This document shows, one piece after another, positions 53,978-64,000 of a stretch of DNA of 64,000 nt. The number at the start of each line of letters is the position of its first letter. Within the stretch, counting starts at the first letter, position 1. The notes beneath the pieces are model-generated. The model had not been told where the DNA came from, did not search any database, and saw nothing but the letters and a program-made list of their open reading frames with translations. The position numbers and the translations under genes are program-made. This DNA comes from Octopus sinensis. Its lineage: Eukaryota. Where the stretch lies: NCBI RefSeq assembly GCF_006345805.1, contig NC_043022.1:6138001-6202000 (forward strand), written 5' to 3'.

Positions 53978-56010
53978 TTAAGGACTGCTGTGGACTGACT
54001 TGCTGTATTCACACCTGTTTGTTTACAGCAAGCATTTTTCTCCCTGGCGAAATGCATTGAATTGCTTCCTTACAAGTTCAAATTGTGATTCAAACATATT
54101 TAAACTTCTAACAAGTTTAACTCAAAAGGTTTTGATCAATGGCAAGCTGTGGTGGTTGAACGTTTCTGAAGTGAAACACAACAGGATCTAACTTGAGGCC
54201 TCAAAGCTGTAAAGCAAGCATTGCAATGACACATTCATGCCTGACCTCGTTTTTTTATAAAGAAGGAAGTAGATGTCTTATCCTTACAAACAGTGTGTGC
54301 TTCAACGAATATTGGTATGAAGGAATCCGTTTTAGAATTGGAGTCTATTTGGGGCCTGAGGCACAACTGATTAAGGAATGGTGAGGGAGACACAAAATAC
54401 AAATTGAAATATTAACACATACTCTCTTTTTCTCTTTTACTCTCTTTTACTTGTTTCAGTCATTTGACTGCGGCCATGCTGGAGCACCGCCTTTAATCGA
54501 GCAATTCGACCCCGGGACTTATTCTTTTGTAAGCCCAGTACTTATTCTATCGGTCTCTTTTGCCGAACCGCTAAGTAACGGGGACATAAACACACCAGCA
54601 TCGGTTGTCAAGCAATGCTAGGAAGACAAACACAGACACACAAACACACACACGCATATATATATATATATACATATATACGACAGGCTTCTTTCAGTTT
54701 CCGTCTACCAAATCCACTCACAAGGCTTTGGTCGGCCCGAGGCTATAGTAGAAGACACTTGCCCAAGATGCCACGCAGTGGGACTGAACCCGGAACCATG
54801 TGGTTGGTAAACAAGATACTTACCACACAGCCACTCCTGCGCCTATGATGGATTTTTAACAAATTATTTGAAGTGCAGCAGTTGAGTGAGTGTTTGTGTA
54901 GAGAGACAGGCAGACAGGAGGGAGAGAGAGAGAGAGAGAACTATACTATCAAGTGTGTCCTTTCTTTCTTTAAGATGATATGACATGATTTGAAAGAGGT
55001 TTAGCTGCTATTTCTAGCAAGTTGAAATGCTTGCTTGTTGGACTCCTTGGTTACCATTTCTATTTAGCTATCCTTTGATGTGAACCAACTGGGAGCCTCT
55101 ACACAATTGCTTGACCTGCAAGAAAATAGCAGCCAATCCTCACTCAACTCTCACCAATTCATCTTTAAGGAGAACAATCCTAGATAGGGTATCACAGGGG
55201 AGAAAAGTGATAGGATTAGTCAAGGATGGATTGTCTTTAACCATAAATTTGCCATATCAGGAATGGCCTAGGGCTAAACAGATTTATAGGGTTGTGGGTT
55301 TAAATAAACTAAAGCCCTTGTATCACATAATGTTGGTTTTATTAAAGACTGAAGTAGCTTTGCAATAGAATATCATAAAATACCATTAAAATATCTTTAA
55401 AATGCCATTAACATATTCTTAAAATACCGTGAAAATCTCTAAAATGCTAGGAAAATATTAAAATGCTGTGAAAATGCCATTTAAAATACTATGAAAATAC
55501 CCTTAAATTACTATGAAAATCTTTAAAATACCATGAAAATATCTTAAAATGCCATAAAAATATTTATGCTGGGCCATGTATTATATTCTCTGCCAGCATG
55601 GACAACAGACGTTAAATGATGATGACTGCTCCCTAATTTTCCTCTTAGCTCCTGTCACGTTGCTCTAATGGTCCCTAAAGTTGAACCCAACCCTGCCAAC
55701 GATGTATTTCATTTGTGATCTTTTAATATTTGTGTTGTTTCGTTCTCAAAATTCAATCAAATGATCCAAGGTATTCCAGCCATGGCCATTCCATCTATTT
55801 TTCTAGTTACATTCCACTTTAGACTACATTATCTAATGTCCTTCATTTTTTACATGATAGTCTGTTCTCTAAGGAAAATTTAGCTACCATTTCTTACGGA
55901 TCAGCTGTCTGACATCATGACTTGCTCATTATCTCACATGCCTTAATGGTCATTATTACAGCTCGTTAATAAAAAATCCAGCTTTTATTTACTTCCTTCT
56001 GCCAAATCTG

Positions 56011-56270
56011 GTTGCCACAGCTTCAAAGATTTCGTCATTTCGTGCTTCCATAGTTTTAGAAAGGAAATCATTTAACTATGCAGAACTCGAACTTAACGAG
56101 TTTAATAATCACAAATGACATCGGGAGATGTTTTAACGAGGACTCTGGTGTTAATTGCCTCAGTGGAAGTAGTGCAGTGGTTGTTATTGTTTGTAGTTGT
56201 AGTGATGGTGATAGTACATGCCTAAAAGCATAAATATTTTGATTTTCTTCTAATTTGGTGAGATGCACCC

Positions 56271-56310
<40 letters not shown>

Positions 56311-56490
56311 CTTTGAGATGCAGGTGCTGGGGGCTCATGTGTCCTCCATGTGAGCCGTATGAAGAAGCAATGAGATCTCTATGTGGCATACATTACTTAA
56401 ATGTGTCTATTTTTGGTATATCGGTGAAGTAGGGTAAAAGTGAGAGCTATATGTTTGAAGTGATGGGCAGGGGTGGAATGTCATACAGGA
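56011..56490 (+). repeat. Dispersed direct duplication, copy 1 (copy 2 at 61648-62088)
   Basis: Near-identical non-SINE sequence; the minus-strand ORF translations match almost exactly. Confidence 0.93.
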
Positions 56491-56974
56491 CATTCAGCAT
56501 GGGTGCGAGTGTGTGGGGAGGATGTCCTAATTAACCTCTTACACGATGTCCTCATTAACATGTGTTCTGTTGCTGTTTGCTGCAAATAATTTAAAGTTAC
56601 CATAATGATGATAATAATAATAATAATAATAATAATAGTTTATCCTTTTGGTGGGTAGTGTCTGCCCTGGTTCTGTCTACCCCCATTGATCAGGTTGACA
56701 CTACAAGTCGCATTGGCACGCCATGTGTGTGTGTGTTGTCTGTGTGTATGCACAAGTCTCATTTTTTTAATTGGTGTCAGTCACTGCACTTTGGCCATGC
56801 TGGAGCACTGCCTTTAGTCAAGCAAATCAACCCCAGGACTTATTCTTTGTAAGCCTAGTTCTTATTCTATTAGTCTCTTTTGCCGAATCACTAAGTTACA
56901 GGGACATAAACACACCAACATCAGTTGTCAAGCAATGCTGGGGAGGACAAACACAGTCACACAAACATACACAC

Positions 56975-57007
<33 letters not shown>

Positions 57008-57180
57008 TATATGATGGGCTTCTTTCAGTTTCCGTCTACCAAGTCCCCTCAGAAGGCTTTGGTAGGCCCGAAGCTATAGTAGAAGACACTTGCCCAAAAT
57101 GCCACACAGTGGGACTGAACCCAGAACCAAGTGGTTGGTAAACAAGCTACTTACCACACAGCCACTCCTGCACTTAAGAT

Positions 57181-57213
<33 letters not shown>

Positions 57214-57769
57214 AACTATATAATAACTGTTTGAGATGCTGGTAATGATACTTGAACCAAACAAATACACACACACACACAGAGGAAAACAACAATAATA
57301 AATGCATTTTGGTTGGTTTATTGTATTAAAAAAAAAGCTGGTGGCAGTCACTTCCGAACAATTAATGTGGTTTTTGTTATCTAGTTTTTATTGAACAAAC
57401 ATCTCATTAAATGCACTGATTAGGTGTTTCAAGTAATTGTCATCAAAATAATCCCCAAAATAGTTTGAGGGATTTAGTAAAATAATTAACTTCATTTAAA
57501 TAAAGCTGCCGTTTTGAACCCAACAAAGAGGGTCTTACTTAAAATTCGGATCAAAGGTTTAATTTAGAATAGGGAGATTACAAGATGTATAATTGTATGT
57601 GCCTGGTGTGTATAAAATAGTTTTATATCGTGGCCCCGAGCACTATCTCAATTGGTTGATGTTAAAAGTGTGAAAGAACATTGAATGTTGAGTTAAGTCT
57701 CTCTTCTTGTGTCGGTTGTGTTTAGTTATTCAGTAAAAGAGTCAGGGGTAAACATACTTCAATACCACA

Positions 57770-57801
<32 letters not shown>

Positions 57802-57880
57802 ATACACTCACTCACACATGGATGTATCGGGGTTAACCACAGTAAATAAGGTACTCAATACATGGCAGAGTAAATTAATT

Positions 57881-58006
57881 TATTTTATAGAAGGAGCTTC
57901 TACAGGACTAGAACTGTTTCATTCAAATGAAATCATCAGGAAGCTTCCTGATGATTTCATTTGAATGAAACAGTTCTAGTCCTGTAGAAGCTCCTTCTAT
58001 AAAATA
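57881..58006. repeat. Perfect 126-bp palindrome with no spacer, centred on aagctt
   Basis: tattttatagaagg...catcaggaag|cttcctgatg...ccttctataaaata. Confidence 0.95.
57942..57992 (+). ncRNA. Minimal type I hammerhead ribozyme motif (mirror copy on the minus strand within the palindrome)
   Basis: agcttc-CTGATGA-t.ttca.tt.tgaa.t-GAAA-cag.ttctagtc.ctg-TA-gaagct. Predicted GUA cleavage after 57986. Stem II closes with a U-U mismatch. Confidence 0.72.
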
Positions 58007-58289
58007 TATATATACATATATATATATGTGTGTAAGCCTTCTTTTTTCCGTCAAGGGCTTATATGCCCCAATATTAGACTATTTTCTTTAGTCATTGCAC
58101 GGTGATTGCTATAAGCTTTAAGCTTATAAAATACTATTACTATTATTATTTACAGGATTGTAAAACACCATGCTATATAACAAAACCATTCACACCGAAA
58201 GCATATATATATATATACACACACATGCACATGGATGTATACATGCGTGTATACATCCATACATATGTATATATGTAAGTGTGTTTGCA

Positions 58290-58345
<56 letters not shown>

Positions 58346-58648
58346 GGTTTTTTTCAGAAGTCACTTATAGGAATAATCAAATAGACAGAAAGACATGACC
58401 GATATATATATATATATACATGCACACGCACCGCATCTACCTACATATGTACACAGCACATTCAAATTAACATTTCCAATCGAAAAGAGATTTTAACCCA
58501 ATATTTTCATTGCTTTATTTGCTTCAAGATCCAATTCTTACAAAAACCAATTACTTCTCATTCTCTCAAAATTTATTATTTCTTCTCATGTCAAACAATA
58601 ATTTCAATAATCTTTCTTTTTTCCCCTTTTTTTTTCTCTCTTTTCCAG

Positions 58649-58744
58649 CCACAAGATTTCTTTGATACCATCATGAACCTCCAGTCTCGTCGTATCGATG
58701 ACCAACGTTGTCCTCTTCCTCAAACGTTGACACTTTCCTTACCT
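58649..58744 (+). CDS. Coding exon: GoLoco/GPR motif 2 (PQDFFDTIMNLQSRRIDDQRCPLPQTLTLSLP)
   Basis: Long polypyrimidine tract ending ttttccag. Canonical DFFxxIxxxQSxRxDDQR motif. Donor cct|gtaatt gives 96 nt, phase 0/0; this donor is weak, so the 3' boundary is less certain. Confidence 0.9.
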
Positions 58745-58860
58745 GTAATTACCTGCTTTACTTTTTCTTCTTACAATCTTCTTCTTCTTCTTTTTGTTGG
58801 CTTCCATCTCTATTGACCATTATTCTCTTATCACTGGTTTCGGTTGTCAGACTACGACCA

Positions 58861-59033
58861 TACAGGTGTCACAGATGATGTGGTAGAGTCATCAGAGTCA
58901 CTACAGGAGTCACAGATGACGTAAAATCAATAGAGTCACTACAGGAGTCACAGATGATGTGGTTGAGTCAATAGAGTCACTACAGGAGTCACAGATGATG
59001 TGGTAGAGTCAACAGAGTCACTACAGGAGTCAC
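58861..59033. repeat. 41-bp minisatellite, array 1
   Basis: Unit gagtcactacaggagtcacagatgatgtggttgagtcaata. Confidence 0.92.
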
Positions 59034-59319
59034 TTAAAAGACTTTTTGACCAATCAACCCCAGCATTTCACTTCAAGCTGGTTACTTATTTAGTCGATCT
59101 CTTTTCATTGGACCATCTCTCTTCGTTTCATAGACATAAACAAACCAACAATGTTCGTCAAGCAGTGAGAAACAAAGACATACACACTGGGCTTCCACAT
59201 AGTTTCGCATCAACCAAATTCACTCATGTGGCATTGGTTGGCCCATGACTATTCTCAAAAATACCTGCCCGAAGATGTTATTCTAGAGAATTTATTATCT
59301 CCTCCACCATCCCTGTCTG

Positions 59320-59743
59320 TCTATCTACCTACCTACCTACCTACCTACCACCTATCTCTCTATCTACCTATCTATCTATCTACCTATCTATCTACCTATC
59401 TATCTATCTATCTATCTACCTATCTATCCATCTACCTATCTATCTATCTATCTACCTACCTACCTATCTATCTACCTATCTATCTACCTATCTATCTATC
59501 TATCTACCTATCTATCTACCTATCTATCTACCTATCTATCTATCTATCTACCTATCTATCCATCTAACTATCTATCTATCTATCTATCTATCTGTCTGTC
59601 TATCTATCTATCTATCTATCTACCTATCTATCTACCCATCTATCTACCTATCTCTCTCTCTATCTATCTATCTACCTATCTCTCTATCTATCTATCTACC
59701 TATCTACCTATCTATCTATCTATCTATCTCTCTATCTATCTAC

Positions 59744-59795
<52 letters not shown>

Positions 59796-59820
59796 CTATA
59801 TGTCTGTCTGTCTGTCTATC
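59320..59820. repeat. (CTAT)n/(CTAC)n/(CT)n microsatellite
   Basis: Read directly from the sequence. Confidence 0.97.
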
Positions 59821-60097
59821 CAGCCCTCCCTGCTGAAACAGACCCTATCTAACCGTCCAACTGATGCCAGCATTGAAAATGAACTTTAAATGATGTTGAT
59901 GATACGTGTGTGTGTGTGTGTGTGTGATTTTTGCTTGGAATTAGGCAAATGTGTCTGTTGATTGTCAGGCATAATTTTGTATGTGTGTGTGTATGTCTCT
60001 CTCTCTCTATCCATCTCCTCCTCTCTATCTATCTGTCTATTGTCATATTTATAATTCTATCCTTATTTAATGATTATATTCTCAATTTCTCTTTCAG

Positions 60098-60151
60098 CTC
60101 CAGGAACCAGAGGCAGAGGTCCCGAAACAGGATGAAGATATTGTCAGAGAG
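60098..60151 (+). CDS. Short coding exon (LQEPEAEVPKQDEDIVRE), probably the segment just before a RapGAP dimerisation/catalytic region
   Basis: Acceptor tttctctttcag, donor gag|gtaata, 54 nt, phase 0/0. Its position after the GoLoco motif and the ...IVRE ending parallel vertebrate RAP1GAP (...[26 protein letters not shown]..., recalled from memory). Confidence 0.78.
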
Positions 60152-60874
60152 GTAATAGAACTATAAAACTTCTCTGCTGCAAATCCTTTCACTAGCCACC
60201 ACCACCACCACCTCCTCCACCACCACCACCTCCTCCACCACCACCACCACCACCTCCTCCTCCTCCACTACCACCACCTCCTCTGCCCCCTCCCATCCCC
60301 ACCAGCTTTCCATCAATTTTTTTTTCCCCCCTGAAATGTTGCAGCAATTATTAAACAAGTGTGTTTGTATGGAATGGTTTTAATTAGTTTTGTCTGCTGG
60401 GTGTTGGCAGTGGGTAGGTGTGTGTGGGGGGGGGGAGCAGTTTGTCACCATTTTAGCTCACATGATGACAACATGAACACACATGGAAACACTTACATAC
60501 ACGTATGTGTGTGTGCATACACACATACACACACACCACAAACTGCCTTGTGGATTTGTCTCCGAAATTCTACTGATGAGGCCTTCTGATGATCAGAGCC
60601 TGCAGTAGAAAACACTTGTCCCAGGTGCTACATGGTGAGATGGAACTCAAAACCCCAGGCTTTGTAAAGTAAACTTCTTTACCACCCAGCCAGTCATGGG
60701 TCTTCCACTATTCATGTAGTCTTCTCTCCATATTATTTATTAGTTTTCCCACTTTCGTTAACTGTAATTAACAGTCATTGGTGGGCTTTTTGTGGCTGAA
60801 CTAATTTCTGTTGTGACACAGAAGAGTTACTAACCAGAACAGTGGATACGTGACTCAGCAGATGACACAATACA

Positions 60875-61192
60875 GTCACTACAGGTGTCACAGATGATGT
60901 GGTAGAGTCATCAGAGTCACTACAGGAGTCACAGATGACGTAAAATCAATAGAGTCACTACAGGAGTCAAAGATGATGTGGTTGAGTCAATAGAGTCACT
61001 ACAGGAGTCACAGATGATGTGGTTGAGTCAATAGAGTCACTACAGGAGTTAAAGATGATGTGGTTGAGTCAATAGAGTCACTACAGGAGTCAAAGATGAT
61101 GTGGTTGAGTCAATAGAGTCACTACAGGAGTCAAAGATGATGTGGTTGAGTCAATAGAGTCACTACAGGAGTCACATATGGTGTGGTAGAGT
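60875..61192. repeat. 41-bp minisatellite, array 2 (same family and same leading units as array 1)
   Basis: About 7.5 units. TGAGTCA occurs at 60983, 61024, 61065, 61106 and 61147. Confidence 0.92.
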
Positions 61193-61647
61193 TTATTATG
61201 GCACTCCATCAGTTAAGACGATGAGGGTTCCAGTTGATCCGATCAATGAAACAGTCTGCTCATGAAATTAACATGCATGTGGCTGAGTACTCCACAGACA
61301 TGTGTACCCTTGATGTAGTTCTCAGGGAGATTCAGCGCAACACAGAATGTGACATGGCTGGCCCGTTTTCAATTACAGGTACACCTCATTTTTGCCAGCA
61401 ATGTAAAGTAAAGTGTCTTGCTCAAGGACACAGTGCATGGTCAGGAATTGAACTCACGACCTCCTGATTGTGAGCCAAATACCTCAGCCATCTTAGTCCT
61501 TACTCTTAGTCCTTCAAACGTGAACAGCACAATGGTTAGACGGATGACACTGCTTGTAGAACGGTAAGGTTTGCTTACAATTAGCACACGATGTTGGGAA
61601 TACAAAACCCCTAAACCCCTAAACACACACACACACACACACATTCA

Positions 61648-62088
61648 GTTGCCACAGCTTCACAGATTTCGTCATTTTGTGCTTCCATAGTTTTAGAAAG
61701 GAAATCATTTAACTATGCAGAACTCAAACTTAACGAGTTTAATAATCACAAATGACATCGGGAGATGTTTTAACGAGGACTCTGGTGTTAATTGCCTCGG
61801 TGGAAGTAGTGCAGTGGTTGTTATTGTTTGTAGTTGTAGTGATGGTGATAGTACATGCCTAAAAGCATAAATATTTTGATTTTCTTCTAATTTGGTGAGA
61901 TGCACCCCTCTGTGTGTGTGTGTGTGTGTTTTCCTTTGAGATGCAGGTGCTGGGGGCTCATGTGTCCTCCATGTGAGCCGTATGAAGAAGCAATGAGATC
62001 TATGTGTGGCATACATTACTCAAATGCTGTATGTGTCTATTTTTGGTATATGTTTGAAGTGATGGGCAAGGATGGAAATTCATACAGA
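61648..62088 (+). repeat. Dispersed direct duplication, copy 2
   Basis: Matches 56011-56490 with a few SNPs and indels. Confidence 0.93.
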
Positions 62089-63418
62089 CACACATATATG
62101 ATGAGCTTCTTTTTGTTTCTTTCTACTAAATCCGTTCACAGTCTATGGCTGTAGTGGAAGATACTTAACCAGAGTGCTGCACGGTGATATTGAACTCACA
62201 CCCATGTGGTTGCCAAGCAAACATCTCGACCACACAGCCCATGCTTATGCCCCCTCCATCCATCTCTGAGTCACTTGGTGTCCCTGTTGGCGATGGTACC
62301 ATGTAATGTAAAAACAAAAAAATACCCTGTCCACTCTGTAAAGTGGTTGGCATCCGTAAGGGCACCCAGCTGTAGAAACCTAGCCAGAACAGCTGGCTGG
62401 AGCCTAGTGCCCCCTTCCCCCCAGCCTGGTGCCAGCTCCTGTCGAATTGTCCAATGCATGTCAGTTTCCGAAACGGACATGAAATGACGATGATGATGAT
62501 GTAAACATCCATGCGCAATTCATATGCACATGATTTTTGTCAAGTGGTATTGTCACTTGAATGACAGGAAATGAGACGAATTGGGTTTTGGTTGTTTTGG
62601 AAAGACTTGGAGGCAACGGCTGGTGCCATTGTTGTGAAGATGGAGCACGAAAGAGCAGTGATGATGCCGGAACACTTATATGGCAAGCATGAAACAAAGA
62701 TGGTGGTGGTGGTGGTGATGAAATGCAATTCAACAGGGTCATAGTTTCACAGCGTCAGAGCATAAGAGAGTCTTTTATTATAAAAGTTGTGTCATAAAAC
62801 GGAATCCTTATATGGTTATTTGTTTTTGTCAATTGTGGCATCAGATTAAATATGGACATTTGACATTTCATTCAGTTTTACGCAACACAAATACAGAGTT
62901 AGAAAATTTTAAATATGTTTTTTTTTTTCCTTTCAATGTACAAAGAGGATAACAAGATGTATTTACATCTGTTTCTAGTTCTATCTTGAAAAGACTTAAA
63001 ACCCGTAGGTTATCTACTTTAAAATTAGTTTTTCTAATACATACTGCATTTGGACATAAGTATTTATCATTATTTAACCAATCTCACTGACAAACATGCA
63101 ATATGCAAATTAGTCTTGCTATTTTGACTAAGTTCTGGTTTGTGGCGGACTTAAATAGCAATTTACCTGTAAGTTCTCTTCATAGGTGAAAGAATGAAAG
63201 ATTATTTGTCCACTGATGAGAAACATCAGGGCAATCTCCTTTATTTTTTTTCTATGTAGAAAGGGAATATCAAGATGCATTTACGTCTATTTACAGTTCT
63301 TTAGCAAAAAAGGATTTAAAACCTTAGTTTATACACTTTATCTTAAGTTTTCTAATATATACTGTGTTGTGCCTAATATTTATTATTATTATTATTTTAT
63401 TATTATTATTATATTATT

Positions 63419-63464
<46 letters not shown>

Positions 63465-64000
63465 GAATAATAATAATAATAATAAATCATCATTATTAGC
63501 AGACTGGCAGAATCGTTAACACTCCAGGCAAAATGCTTTGTGGCATTTTCTCTCTCTTTGTGTTCCGAGTTCAAATTCTGCTGACGTCAACTTTGCCTTT
63601 CCTCATTTCAGGATTGATAAGATAAGGACCAGTTGAACCCTGGAACCAAAGAAATTGATTTACCCTTTTTGTTGTTGTTATTATTATTATTATCATCATC
63701 ATCATTACTATTATCATTTTAAGTCTCTGCAGCTTAATTTGACATCTTGGGCAAGTTATTGCCTAAGATCAATGTGCAATGGGCTTAAAATGTGTCATGA
63801 TACATCAAAACAATTTCAGTTGATGAAACAGAACAATAGAAGAATTATATTTTATTTGTTATGCTTATATTTTACAACGACTGTTAAACTGCTGAGAATG
63901 TGTGTGTGTGTGTGTGTGTGTGCGCGTGTGTGTGTATACACATATATACATAAAGACAATTTTGATTATATAACCAGATATGTGTAAGATGAAATTTTTT

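Larger units (their letters stand above)
22598..60151 (+). other. Partial multi-exon gene: LIM(end)-GoLoco-linker-GoLoco, probable Rap1 GTPase-activating protein (Rap1GAP-like); both ends outside the window
   Basis: The five exons splice into one uninterrupted frame with all internal junctions in phase 0. The Rap1GAP assignment is inferred from GoLoco context only, because the GAP domain is not in the window. Confidence 0.65.

Noticed and set aside
61900-62154. Cys-rich ORF (CRCWGLMCPPCEPY) as the next exon
   Set aside because: It lies in a duplicated segment, has no convincing donor and does not resemble RapGAP or LIM sequence.

Overview
This is AT-rich, microsatellite- and SINE-dense animal genomic DNA. 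The repeat content is what I would expect of an Octopus-type cephalopod genome (inference). Almost all ORFs in the supplied track are simple-repeat or SINE artefacts. The real coding content is five small + strand exons (22598-22691, 38198-38272, 43290-43484, 58649-58744, 60098-60151) with canonical AG/GT sites that join in frame. They encode the end of a LIM zinc finger, a GoLoco motif, a Ser/Asn-rich linker, a second GoLoco motif and a short acidic segment, most like the N-terminal part of a Rap1GAP-type protein; both ends of the gene lie outside the window. The introns hold three SINE families, piggyBac-, Merlin-, mariner- and Helitron-type elements, RTE and HERO-like LINE fragments, an 18S rRNA retro-fragment, minisatellites and local duplications. 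The most unusual signal is a set of about ten minimal type I hammerhead-ribozyme motifs of different sequence families, most in AT-rich, microsatellite-flanked elements resembling Penelope-like element ends. Some carry compensatory 3-8 core swaps, and some sit inside perfect genomic palindromes.
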